The notes beneath the pieces were generated by a model, which saw only the letters and a list, made by a program, of their open reading frames with translations, did no database searches and was not told the DNA's origin. From the human T2T-CHM13v2.0 reference genome, Homo sapiens, in NCBI RefSeq assembly GCF_009914755.1, contig NC_060940.1: a stretch of 64,000 bases of DNA; one strand, 5' to 3'. This document shows, piece by piece, positions 44,601-59,975 of the stretch (within the stretch, counting starts at the first letter, position 1; each line of letters starts with the position of its first letter). Both the position numbers and the translations under genes were made by a program.

Positions 44601-47600
44601 TCCCTTAGATGATTCCACATGATTCCATTAGATGATGATACTATTTGAGCCCATCCAATGATTCCCTTCGATTCCATTCGATGAGGATTCCATTCGATTC
44701 ATTTCATTGGTGATTCTATTCAATTCAATTCTTTGATTCCATTCCATTCCATTCGACAATGATTCCATTCGATTTCTTTCGATGATTCCACTCGATTCCA
44801 CTTGACATTGATTCCATTCGATTCCATTCAATGATTCCATTTGATTCCAGTGGATGATGATTGCCATCGATTCCATTCGATCACTCCATTCTATTCCATT
44901 TGATGATGATTACATTCGATTCCATTTGATGATTCCATCTGATTCTATTCGAGGATTCCATTTGATTCCATTCGATGATGATTCCATTCGAGTCCATTCG
45001 ATGATTTCATTCGAGTACATCCAATGATTCCATTCGAGTCCATTAGATGATTCCATTTGATTCCATTTGAAAATGATTCTACTAGAGTCCATTCAATGAC
45101 TCCATTCGAGTCCATTCAACAATTCCATTCGACTCCATTCGATGATTCCATTCGATTCCATTTGATGGTTCCATTCGAGTCCATTTAATCATTACAGTCG
45201 AGTCCATTTGGTGATTCCACTGGATTTCTTTTGATAATGATACCATTCAATTACATTTGATGATGATCCCATTCAATTTCATTTGATGATGATTCCATTA
45301 GAGTCCATTCGATGATTTCATTCGAGTCCCTTCATTGATTCCATCCGATTTCATTGGATGATGACTCCATTCGAGTCCATTCGATGATTCCACTCGATTC
45401 CATTAGATGACTCCATTGGAGTCCATTTGATTGTTCCATTCGATTCCATTCGATTCCTTTCGAAGATTATTCCATTTGAGTCCATTCGATGATGATTCCA
45501 TTCCATTCCATTCGATGATTCCGTTTGATTCCATTCGATGATTCCCTTCGATTCCTTTCTTTGATGATTCCATTCCATTCCATTCAATGATTCCATTCGA
45601 ATCTATTCCATGATGATTCCTTTCGATTCCATTCGCTGATGTTTCCGTTCAATTCCATTCGATGATGATTCCATTCGATTCCATTCATTGAGGATTCCAT
45701 TTGATTCCATTCAATGATGATTCCATTCTATTCCATTCAATGATTGCATTCAATTCCATTCAATGATTATCCCATTAGAGTAAACTCAACGATTCCATTC
45801 AATACCATTCGATGATGATTCCTTTTGAGTCCATTCAATGATTTCATTCAAGTCCATTTGATGATTCCTTTCAATTCCATTCTATGATGATTCCATTCGA
45901 GTCCATTCGATGATTCCATTCGATTGCATTCGATGATTCCATTATATTCCATTCAACGGTGATTCCATTCGAGTCCATTCCATGATTCCATTAGAGTACA
46001 TTTAATGATTGCTTTGTTTTCAATTCGAAGATGATTACATTGGATTCCATTCTATGATACCATTCGATTCCATTCAATGATGATTCCACTCAAATCCATT
46101 GGATGATTCCATTCGTGTCCATTCGGTGATTTCATTAGATTCCATTCGAGGATGATTCCATTCGATTCCATTCGATGATTCCATTCAATTCCATTCGATG
46201 ATGATTCCATTCCATTCCATATGATCATTCCATTTGATTTCATTCGATGATGATTCCATTCGATTCCATTCGACGATTCCATTCTATTCCATTCGATGAT
46301 GATTCCATTCGAGTCCATTCGATGATTCCATTCGAGTCCATTTAATGATTCCATTGGGTTCAATTCAATGATGATTACATTGGATTCCGTTCTATGATTC
46401 CATTCAATTCCGTTCATTGACAATTTGATTCCATTCGATGATGATTCCATTTGAGTTCATTCGATGATTCTATTCGATTCTCTTCGATGGTGATTCAATT
46501 CTATTATATTGGATGATTCCATTCGATTCCATTTGATGTTGATTCAATTCGATTCTATTCGATGATGATTCCATTGGATTTCACTTGATGATTCTATTCG
46601 ATTCCATTCAATGATGATTCACTTCTCGTCCATTGGATGATTCCATTTCATTCCATTCGATGATGATTCCATTCGATTCCATTCGATGATTCCATTTCAT
46701 TCCATGCGACGGTGAGCAATTCGATTCAATTCCATGATGATTCTATTTGATTCAATTAGATGATGTTTCCATTCGAATCCATTCCATGATTATTCCATTG
46801 GAATCCATTCGGCGATGATTCCATATGAGTCAATTCAATGATGATTCCATATGGGTCCGTTCGATGATAATTCCATTTGATTTCATTCGATGCTTCTATT
46901 CTATTCCAGTCGATGATGATTCCGTTGGAGTCCATACGATGATTCCATTTGATTTCATTTGATGATGATTCCATTCGATGATGATTACATTGGATTCCAT
47001 TCTATGATTCCATTCAATTCCATTCGTTGATGATTCGATTCCATTCAATGATGATTCCATTTGAGTTCATTCGATGATTCTATTCGATTCCGTTCGATGG
47101 TGATTCAATTCCATTATATTGGATGATTCCACTCGATTCCATTTGATGATTATTCCATTGGAGTCCACTTAGTGAATCCTTTAGATTCTACTCGACGATG
47201 ATTCCATTCGAGTCCATTCGATGATACCATTCAATTCCATTCGTTGATGCTTCCATTCAAGTGCATTCGATGATATCATTCGATTCCATTTGATGATAAT
47301 TCCATTTGATTCCATGCGATGATTCTATTCGATTCCATTCAATGATAATTCCATTCAATTCAGTGATTCCTCTGGACTCCATTTGATGATGATTCCATTC
47401 AATGATTCCATTCGATTCTATTCGAAAATGATTCCATTTGAATCCATTTGATGATGATTCCATTAGATTCCATTTGATGATTCCATTCGATTCCATTCGA
47501 CGATGATTCCATTCGATTCCGTTTGATGATTCCATTCTATTCTATTCGATGATGATTCCATTCGATTCCATTCGATGATGATTGGATTCGATTCCATTTG

Positions 47601-47751
47601 ATGATTTCATTTGATTCCATTCGTTAATGATTTCGATCAATTCCATTCGATGATTCCATTCGATTCCATTCGATAATGATTACATCCGAGTCCATTCGAT
47701 GATTCCCTTTGAGCCTGTTCGATAATTCCATTTGAGTCCAACCAATGATTC
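41640..47751 (+). repeat. Unit U8, full length, 6,112 bp
   Basis: Landmark offset 41643 to 47755 is 6112. Confidence 0.95.
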
Positions 47752-50700
47752 CATTCATTTCCATTCAATGATTCCATTCGAGTCCATTTGATCATTCCGG
47801 TAGGGTCCATTCGATGTTGATTCCATTGGAGTGCATTCGATGATTCCATTCGAGTCCATTTTAGGATTTGATTCGAGTCCTTTCGATGATTCCATTCGAT
47901 TCCACTCGATGATGATTTCATTCGAGTCCATTCGACACTTCCAATCGATTCCATTTGATGATTCCATTCGAGTCCAATTGATGATTCCATTCAATTCCAT
48001 TCGATGATGATTCCGTACGATTCCATTCTGTGATGATTCCATGTGATTGCATTCAATGATGATTCCTTTCGATTGCATTCGATTATGATTCATTTCGTGT
48101 TCATTCTATGGTTCCACAGGTTTCCATTCGTGTCCATTCCATTATTCCATTCTATTCCATTTGATGATGATTCCATTCGATTCCATTCATTGGTGATTCC
48201 ACTCAATTCCATTCAATGATTCCATTCCATTTCTTTCAACAATGATTCCATTAGTTTCTAATCGATGATCCACTTGATTCCATTTGACGACGATTCCATT
48301 CTTGTCCATTCGATGATTCCATTTGATTCCATATGATGATGATTCCATTCGATTCCATACCATGATGATTCCATTCGAGTCCATTCAATGGTGATTCCAT
48401 TCAATTCCATTCGATGATTCCTTTTGATTCCATTCGATGATGATGGCATTCGATTCCTTTCAATCATTCCCTTTGATTCCATTCAAAGGTGATTTCATTC
48501 AAGTCCATTCGATAATTGCATTCGATTCCATTCTATGATGATTCCATTCGAGTCCATTTGATGATTCCATTCAATTCAAGTCAATGATGATTCCATTCGA
48601 TTCCATTCGATGATTCCATTGGATTCCATTCGATGATGATTCCATTCAAATCCATTCGATAATTCAATTCAAGTCCATTCGATGATGATTCCAATCGAAT
48701 CCATTCAAAGATTCCATTCAGTTCCATTCGATGATTCCCTTAGATTCCATTCGATGATTCCACTTGATTGCATTTACGATGATTCCATTCGATTCCATGT
48801 GATGATTCCATTCAATTCTATTCAATGATGTCTCCATTTGATTCCATTCGACCATGATTGCCTTTGATTCCATTCAGTGATTCCATTCGGTTCCGTTTGA
48901 TGATGATTCCGTTCGATTCCATTTGATGATTCCATTTGATTCCATTGGATGAGTCCATTCGATTACATTCGATGATTATTCCATTCGAGTGCATTAGATG
49001 ATTCCATTCGAGTCCATTCGATGATTCCATTCGATTCCATTCGATGTTGATTCTGTTCAAATCCATTCGATGATTCCACTCGATTCCATTCGTTGACTCC
49101 ATTTGATCCCATTCGATGATTTCCTTTGATTCCCTTTGATGATCATTCCATTTGATTCAATTCGGTGATTTCATTTGATTCCATTCAGTGATGTTTCCAT
49201 TCGACTCCATTCGATGATGATTCCATTCGACTCCATTCGATTATGATTTCATTCAATTCCATTCGATAATGATTCCCTTCGAGTCCATTCGATGATTCCA
49301 TTCGATTCCATTCAACGATGATTTGATTCGTGTCCATTCGATGATTCCATTTGATTCCACTTGATGATGATTCCATTCGAGTCCATTTGATGATTCCATT
49401 CAATTCCATACTCCGATGATTTCTTTTGAGCCCACTCAATGCTTCCACTCGATTCCATATGATGATGACTCCATTCGATGAAATTCGATGATGATTCCAT
49501 TCGCTTGCTTTCGATGATGATTCCACTTGAGTCCGTTAGAAGATTCTATTCAATTACATTCCAGGACGATTCCGTTCGAGTCCATTTGATGATTCCATTA
49601 GACTCCATTCGACGATGATTCCATTCGATGTTATTCGATGATTCCATTCGATCTCATTCGATGATGATTCCATTCAACTCCATTCGATGTTTCCATTCGA
49701 GTTCATTCTATTATTCCATTAGATTCCATTCGATGATGATTCCATTCGATTCCATTTGATGATTGCATTCTATTTCATTTGATGATGATTCCATTCGAGT
49801 CCACTCGATGATTCCATTCGAGTCCATTTAATGAATCCATTGGTTTCAATTCTATGATGATTACATTGGATTCCATTCGTTGATGATTTCATTCGGTTCC
49901 ATTCAATGATGATTCCATTCAATTCCTTTCAATGTTTCCATTCAATTCCATACGATGATGATTCCATTTGATTTGATTCGACAGTGAGCCATTCGATTCA
50001 ATTCCATGATGATTCTATTTGATTCAATTGGTTGACATTTCCATTCGATTCCATTCGATGATGATTCCCTTTGATTCCGTTCAAAGATGATTCCATTCTA
50101 GCCCATTCAATCATTCCATTCGATTCTATTCAATGATGATTCCATTCATGTCGATTTGGTGATTCCATTTGACTTCATTTGATGATGATTCCTTTCAAGT
50201 TCATTAGATGATTCCATTCGATTCCATTTGATGATGATCCCATTCGAGTCCATTCAGTGATTCCATTCGTTTCTATTCCATGATGATTCCATTCCTTTCC
50301 ATTCAATGATTCCATTCGATTCCGTTTGATGATGATTTCATTGGAGTCCATTTGATGATTCCATTTGATTCCATTCGATGATGATTCCATTCGAGTCCAT
50401 TCGATGATTCTATTCGAATCCATTTGATGATTTCTTTTGATTATATTTGGTGATGATTCCATTGGAGTCCATTCAATGATTCCATTCTATTCCAATCGAT
50501 GATGATTCCATTAGAGTCCATTTAATGATTCCATTTGATTCCAGTCTCTGATGATTACATTCGAGTCCATACGATGATTCCACTCAATTCCATATGATGA
50601 TGATTCCATTTGATTCCATTCGGTGATTCCATTCTATTCTATTCAATGGTGATTCCATTCGAGTACATTAGATGATTCCATTCGATTCCATTCAATGATG

Positions 50701-53700
50701 ATTCTATTTGTGTCCCTTAGATGATTCCACATGATTCCATTAGATGATGATACTATTTGAGCCCATCCAATGATTCCCTTCGATTCCATTCGATGAGGAT
50801 TCCATTCGATTCAATTCATTGGTGATTCTATTCAATTCAATTCTTTGATTCCATTCCATTCCATTCGACAATGATTCCATTCGATTTCTTTCGATGATTC
50901 CACTCGATTCCACTTGACACTGATTCCATTCGATTCCATTCAATGATTCCATTTGATTCCAGTGGATGATGATTGCCATCGATTCCATTCGATCACTCCA
51001 TTCTATTCCATTTGATGATGATTACATTCGATTCCATTTGATGATTCCATCTGATTCTATTCGAGGATTCCATTTGATTCCATTCGATGATGATTCCATT
51101 CGAGTCCGTTCGATGATTTCATTCGAGTACGTCCAATGATTCCATTCGAGTCCATTAGATGATTCCATTTGATTCCATTTGAAAATGATTCTACTAGAGT
51201 CCATTCAATGACTCCATTCGAGTCCATTCAACAATTCCATTCGACTCCATTCGATGATTCCATTCGATTCCATTTGATGGTTCCATTCGAGTCCATTTAA
51301 TCATTACAGTCGAGTCCATTTGGTGATTCCACTGGATTTCTTTTGATAATGATACCATTCCATTACATTTGATGATGATCCCATTCAATTTCATTTGATG
51401 ATGATTCCATTAGAGTCCATTCGATGATTTCATTCGAGTCCCTTCATTGATTCCATCCGATTTCATTGGATGATGACTCCATTCGAGTCCATTCGATGAT
51501 TCCACTCGATTCCATTAGATGACTCCATTGGAGTCCATTTGATTGTTCCATTCGATTCCATTCGATTCCTTTCGAAGATTATTCCATTTGAGTCCATTCG
51601 ATGATGATTCCATTCCATTCCATTCGATGATTCCGTTTGATTCCATTCGATGATTCCCTTCGATTCCTTTCTTTGATGATTCCATTCCATTCCATTCAAT
51701 GATTCCATTCGAATCTATTCCATGATGATTCCTTTCGATTCCATTCGCTGATGTTTCCATTCAATTCCATTCGATGATGATTCCATTCGATTCCATTCAT
51801 TGAGGATTCCATTTGATTCCATTCAATGATGATTCCATTCTATTCCATTCAATGATTGCATTCAATTCCATTCAATGATTATCCCATTAGAGTAAACTCA
51901 ACGATTCCATTCAATACCATTCGATGATGATTCCTTTTGAGTCCATTCAATGATTTCCTTCAAGTCCATTTGATGATTCCTTTCAATTCCATTCTATGAT
52001 GATTCCATTCGAGTCCATTCGATGATTCCATTCGATTGCATTCGATGATTCCATTACATTCCATTCAACGGTGATTCCATTCGAGTCCATTCCATGATTC
52101 CATTAGAGTACATTTAATGATTGCTTTGTTTTCAATTCGAAGATGATTACATTGGATTCCATTCTATGATACCATTCGATTCCATTCAATGATGATTCCA
52201 CTCAAATCCATTGGATGATTCCATTCGTGTCCATTCGGTGATTTCATTAGATTCCATTCGAGGATGATTCCATTCGATTCCATTCGATGATTCCATTCAA
52301 TTCCATTCGATGATGATTCCATTCCAGTCCATATGATCATTCCATTTGATTTCATTCGATGATGATTCCATTCGATTCCATTCGACGATTCCATTCTATT
52401 CCATTCGATGATGATTCCATTCGAGTCCATTCGATGATTCCATTCGAGTCCATTTAATGATTCCATTGGGTTCAATTCAATGATGATTACATTGGATTCC
52501 GTTCTATGATTCCATTCAATTCCGTTCATTGACAATTTGATTCCATTCGATGATGATTCCATTTGAGTTCATTCGATGATTCTATTCGATTCTCTTCGAT
52601 GGTGATTCAATTCTATTATATTGGATGATTCCATTCGATTCCATTTGATGTTGATTCAATTCGATTCTATTCGATGATGATTCCATTGGATTTCACTTGA
52701 TGATTCTATTCGATTCCATTCAATGATGATTCACTTCTCGTCCATTGGATGATTCCATTTCATTCCATTCGATGATGATTCCATTCGATTCCATTCGATG
52801 ATTCCATTTGATTCCATGCGACGGTGAGCAATTCGATTCAATTCCATGATGATTCTATTTGATTCAATTAGATGATGTTTCCATTCGAATCCATTCCATG
52901 ATTATTCCATTGGAATCCATTCGGCGATGATTCCATATGAGTCAATTCAATGATGATTCCATATGGGTCCGTTCGATGATAATTCCATTTGATTTCATTC
53001 GATGCTTCTATTCTATTCCAGTCGATGATGATTCCGTTGGAGTCCATACGATGATTCCATTTGATTTCATTTGATGATGATTCCATTCGATGATGATTAC
53101 ATTGGATTCCATTCTATGATTCCATTCAATTCCATTCGTTGATGATTCGATTCCATTCAATGATGATTCCATTTGAGTTCATTCAATGATTCTATTCGAT
53201 TCCGTTCGATGGTGATTCAATTCTATTATATTGGATGATTCCACTCGATTCCATTTGATGATTATTCCATTGGAGTCCACTTAGTGAATCCTTTAGATTC
53301 TACTCGACGATGATTCCATTCGAGTCCATTCGATGATACCATTCAATTCCATTCGTTGATGCTTCCATTCAAGTGCATTCGATGATATCATTCGATTCCA
53401 TTTGATGATAATTCCATTTGATTCCATGCGATGATTCTATTCGATTCCATTCAATGATAATTCCATTCAATTCAGTGATTCCTCTGGACTCCATTTGATG
53501 ATGATTCCATTCAATGATTCCATTCGATTCTATTCGAAAATGATTCCATTTGAATCCATTTGATGATGATTCCATTAGATTCCATTTGATGATTCCATTC
53601 GATTCCATTCGACGATGATTCCATTCGATTCCGTTTGATGATTCCATTCTATTCTATTCGATGATGATTCCATTCGATTCCATTCGATGATGATTGGATT

Positions 53701-53863
53701 CGATTCCATTTGATGATTTCATTTGATTCCATTCGTTAATGATTTCGATCAATTCCATTCGATGATTCCATTCGATTCCATTCGATAATGATTACATCCG
53801 AGTCCATTCGATGATTCCCTTTGAGCCTGTTCGATAATTCCATTTGAGTCCAACCAATGATTC
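47752..53863 (+). repeat. Unit U9, full length, 6,112 bp
   Basis: Landmark offset 47755 to 53867 is 6112. Confidence 0.95.
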
Positions 53864-56800
53864 CATTCATTTCCATTCAATGATTCCATTCGAGTCCATT
53901 TGATCATTCCGGTAGGGTCCATTCGATGTTGATTCCATTGGAGTGCATTCGATGATTCCATTCGAGTCCATTTTAGGATTTGATTCGAGTCCTTTCGATG
54001 ATTCCATTCGATTCCACTCGATGATGATTTCATTCGAGTCCATTCGACACTTCCAATCGATTCCATTTGATGATTCCATTCGAGTCCAATTGATGATTCC
54101 ATTCAATTCCATTCGATGATGATTCCGTACGATTCCATTCTGTGATGATTCCATGTGATTGCATTCAATGATGATTCCTTTCGATTGCATTCGATTATGA
54201 TTCATTTCGTGTTCATTCTATGGTTCCACAGGTTTCCATTCGTGTCCATTCCATTATTCCATTCTATTCCATTTGATGATGATTCCATTCGATTCCATTC
54301 ATTGGTGATTCCACTCAATTCCATTCAATGATTCCATTCCATTTCTTTCAACAATGATTCCATTAGTTTCTAATCGATGATCCACTTGATTCCATTTGAC
54401 GACGATTCCATTCTTGTCCATTCGATGATTCCATTTGATTCCATATGATGATGATTCCATTCGATTCCATACCATGATGATTCCATTCGAGTCCATTCAA
54501 TGGTGATTCCATTCAATTCCATTCGATGATTCCTTTTGATTCCATTCGATGATGATGGCATTCGATTCCTTTCAATCATTCCCTTTGATTCCATTCAAAG
54601 GTGATTTCATTCAAGTCCATTCGATAATTGCATTCGATTCCATTCTATGATGATTCCATTCGAGTCCATTTGATGATTCCATTCAATTCAAGTCAATGAT
54701 GATTCCATTCGATTCCATTCGATGATTCCATTGGATTCCATTCGATGATGATTCCATTCAAATCCATTCGATAATTCAATTCAAGTCCATTCGATGATGA
54801 TTCCAATCGAATCCATTCAAAGATTCCATTCAGTTCCATTCGATGATTCCCTTAGATTCCATTCGATGATTCCACTTGATTGCATTTACGATGATTCCAT
54901 TCGATTCCATGTGATGATTCCATTCAATTCTATTCAATGATGTCTCCATTTGATTCCATTCGACCATGATTGCCTTTGATTCCATTCAATGATTCCATTC
55001 GGTTCCGTTTGATGATGATTCCGTTCGATTCCATTTGATGATTCCATTTGATTCCATTGGATGAGTCCATTCGATTACATTCGATGATTATTCCATTCGA
55101 GTGCATTAGATGATTCCATTCGAGTCCATTCGATGATTCCATTCGATTCCATTCGATGTTGATTCTGTTCAAATCCATTCGATGATTCCACTCGATTCCA
55201 TTCGTTGACTCCATTTGATCCCATTCGATGATTTCCTTTGATTCCCTTTGATGATCATTCCATTTGATTCAATTCGGTGATTTCATTTGATTCCATTCAG
55301 TGATGTTTCCATTAGACTCCATTCGATGATGATTCCATTCGACTCCATTCGATTATGATTTCATTCAATTCCATTCGATAATGATTCCCTTCGAGTCCAT
55401 TCGATGATTCCATTCGATTCCATTCAACGATGATTTGATTCGTGTCCATTCGATGATTCCATTTGATTCCACTTGATGATGATTCCATTCGAGTCCATTT
55501 GATGATTCCATTCAATTCCATACTCCGATGATTTCTTTTGAGCCCACTCAATGCTTCCACTCGATTCCATATGATGATGACTCCATTCGATGAAATTCGA
55601 TGATGATTCCATTCGCTTGCTTTCGATGATGATTCCACTTGAGTCCGTTAGAAGATTCTATTCAATTACATTCCAGGACGATTCCGTTCGAGTCCATTTG
55701 ATGATTCCATTAGACTCCATTCGACGATGATTCCATTCGATGTTATTCGATGATTCCATTCGATCTCATTCGATGATGATTCCATTCAACTCCATTCGAT
55801 GTTTCCATTCGAGTTCATTCTATTATTCCATTAGATTCCATTCGATGATGATTCCATTCGATTCCATTTGATGATTGCATTCTATTTCATTTGATGATGA
55901 TTCCATTCGAGTCCACTCGATGATTCCATTCGAGTCCATTTAATGAATCCATTGGTTTCAATTCTATGATGATTACATTGGATTCCATTCGTTGATGATT
56001 TCATTCGGTTCCATTCAATGATGATTCCATTCAATTCCTTACAATGTTTCCATTCAATTCCATACGATGATGATTCCATTTGATTTGATTCGACAGTGAG
56101 CCATTCGATTCAATTCCATGATGATTCTATTTGATTCAATTGGTTGACATTTCCATTCGATTCCATTCGATGATGATTCCCTTTGATTCCGTTCCAAGAT
56201 GATTCCATTCTAGCCCATTCAATCATTCCATTCGATTCTATTCAATGATGATTCCATTCATGTCGATTTGGTGATTCCATTTGACTTCATTTGATGATGA
56301 TTCCTTTCAAGTTCATTAGATGATTCCATTCGATTCCATTTGATGATGATCCCATTCGAGTCCATTCAGTGATTCCATTCGTTTCCATTCCATGATGATT
56401 CCATTCCTTTCCATTCAATGATTCCATTCGATTCCGTTTGATGATGATTTCATTCGAGTCCATTTGATGATTCCATTTGATTCCATTCGATGATGATTCC
56501 ATTCGAGTCCATTCGATGATTCTATTCGAATCCATTTGATGATTTCTTTTGATTATATTTGGTGATGATTCCATTGGAGTCCATTCAATGATTCCATTCT
56601 ATTCCAATCGATGATGATTCCATTAGAGTCCATTTAATGATTCCATTTGATTCCAGTCTCTGATGATTACATTCGAGTCCATACGATGATTCCACTCAAT
56701 TCCATATGATGATGATTCCATTTGATTCCATTCGGTGATTCCATTCTATTCTATTCAATGGTGATTCCATTCGAGTACATTAGATGATTCCATTCGATTC

Positions 56801-59800
56801 CATTCAATGATGATTCTATTTGTGTCCCTTAGATGATTCCACATGATTCCATTAGATGATGATACTATTTGAGCCCATCCAATGATTCCCTTCGATTCCA
56901 TTCGATGAGGATTCCATTCGATTCAATTCATTGGTGATTCTATTCAATTCAATTCTTTGATTCCATTCCATTCCATTCGACAATGATTCCATTCGATTTC
57001 TTTCGATGATTCCACTCGATTCCACTTGACATTGATTCCATTCGATTCCATTCAATGATTCCATTTGATTCCAGTGGATGATGATTGCCATCGATTCCAT
57101 TCGATCACTCCATTCTATTCCATTTGATGATGATTACATTCGATTCCATTTGATGATTCCATCTGATTCTATTCGAGGATTCCATTTGATTCCATTCGAT
57201 GATGATTCCATTCGAGTCCATTCGATGATTTCATTCGAGTACATCCAATGATTCCATTCGAGTCCATTAGATGATTCCATTTGATTCCATTTGAAAATGA
57301 ATCTACTAGAGTCCATTCAATGACTCCATTCGAGTCCATTCAACAATTCCATTCGAGTCCATTCGATGATTCCATTCGATTCCATTTGATGGTTCCATTC
57401 GAGTCCATTTAATCATTACAGTCGAGTCCATTTGGTGATTCCACTGGATTTCTTTTGATAATGATACCATTCAATTACATTTGATGATGATCCCATTCAA
57501 TTTCATTTGATGATGATTCCATTAGAGTCCATTCGATGATTTCATTCGAGTCCCTTCATTGATTCCATCCGATTTCATTGGATGATGACTCCATTCGAGT
57601 CCATTCGATGATTCCACTCGATTCCATTAGATGACTCCATTGGAGTCCATTTGATTGTTCCATTCGATTCCATTCGATTCCTTTCGAAGATTATTCCATT
57701 TGAGTCCATTCGATGATGATTCCATTCCATTCCATTCGATGATTCCGTTTGATTCCATTCGATGATTCCCTTCGATTCCTTTCTTTGATGATTCCATTCC
57801 ATTCCATTCAATGATTCCATTCGAATCTATTCCATGATGATTCCTTTCGATTCCATTCGCTGATGTTTCCGTTCAATTCCATTCGATGATGATTCCATTC
57901 GATTCCATTCATTGAGGATTCCATTTGATTCCATTCAATGATGATTCCATTCTATTCCATTCAATGATTGCATTCAATTCCATTCAATGATTATCCCCTT
58001 AGAGTAAACTCAACGATTCCATTCAATACCATTCGATGATGATTCCTTTTGAGTCCATTCAATGATTTCATTCAAGTCCATTTGATGATTCCTTTCAATT
58101 CCATTCTATGATGATTCCATTCGAGTCCATTCGATGATTCCATTCGATTGCATTCGATGATTCCATTACATTCCATTCAACGGTGATTCCATTCGAGTCC
58201 ATTCCATGATTCCATTAGAGTACATTTAATGATTGCTTTGTTTTCAATTCGAAGATGATTACATTGGATTCCATTCTATGATACCATTCGATTCCATTCA
58301 ATGATGATTCCACTCAAATCCATTGGATGATTCCATTCGTGTCCATTCGGTGATTTCATTAGATTCCATTCGAGGATGATTCCATTCGATTCCATTCGAT
58401 GATTCCATTCAATTCCATTCGATGATGATTCCATTCCAGTCCATATGATCATTCCATTTGATTTCATTCGATGATGATTCCATTCGATTCCATTCGACGA
58501 TTCCATTCTATTCCATTCGATGATGATTCCATTCGAGTCCATTCGATGATTCCATTCGAGTCCATTTAATGATTCCATTGGGTTCAATTCAATGATGATT
58601 ACATTGGATTCCGTTCTATGATTCCATTCAATTCCGTTCATTGACAATTTGATTCCATTCGATGATGATTCCATTTGAGTTCATTCGATGATTCTATTCG
58701 ATTCTCTTCGATGGTGATTCAATTCTATTATATTGGATGATTCCATTCGATTCCATTTGATGTTGATTCAATTCGATTCTATTCGATGATGATTCCATTG
58801 GATTTCACTTGATGATTCTATTCGATTCCATTCAATGATGATTCACTTCTCGTCCATTGGATGATTCCATTTCATTCCATTCGATGATGATTCCATTCGA
58901 TTCCATTCGATGATTCCATTTGATTCCATGCGACGGTGAGCAATTCGATTCAATTCCATGATGATTCTATTTGATTCAATTAGATGATGTTTCCATTCGA
59001 ATCCATTCCATGATTATTCCATTGGAATCCATTCGGCGATGATTCCATATGAGTCAATTCAATGATGATTCCATATGGGTCCGTTCGATGATAATTCCAT
59101 TTGATTTCATTCGATGCTTCTATTCTATTCCAGTCGATGATGATTCCGTTGGAGTCCATACGATGATTCCATTTGATTTCATTTGATGATGATTCCATTC
59201 GATGATGATTACATTGGATTCCATTCTATGATTCCATTCAATTCCATTCGTTGATGATTCGATTCCATTCAATGATGATTCCATTTGAGTTCATTCGATG
59301 ATTCTATTCGATTCCGTTCGATGGTGATTCAATTCTATTATATTGGATGATTCCACTCGATTCCATTTGATGATTATTCCATTGGAGTCCACTTAGTTCA
59401 TCCTTTAGATTCTACTCGACGATGATTCCATTCGAGTCCATTCGATGATACCATTCAATTCCATTCGTTGATGCTTCCATTCAAGTGCATTCGATGATAT
59501 CATTCGATTCCATTTGATGATAATTCCATTTGATTCCATGCGATGATTCTATTCGATTCCATTCAATGATAATTCCATTCAATTCAGTGATTCCTCTGGA
59601 CTCCATTTGATGATGATTCCATTCAATGATTCCATTCGATTCTATTCGAAAATGATTCCATTTGAATCCATTTGATGATGATTCCATTAGATTCCATTTG
59701 ATGATTCCATTCGATTCCATTCGACGATGATTCCATTCGATTCCGTTTGATGATTCCATTCTATTCTATTCGATGATGATTCCATTCGATTCCATTCGAT

Positions 59801-59975
59801 GATGATTGGATTCGATTCCATTTGATGATTTCATTTGATTCCATTCGTTAATGATTTCGATCAATTCCATTCGATGATTCCATTCGATTCCATTCGATAA
59901 TGATTACATCCGAGTCCATTCGATGATTCCCTTTGAGCCTGTTCGATAATTCCATTTGAGTCCAACCAATGATTC
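53864..59975 (+). repeat. Unit U10, full length, 6,112 bp
   Basis: Landmark offset 53867 to 59979 is 6112. Confidence 0.95.
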
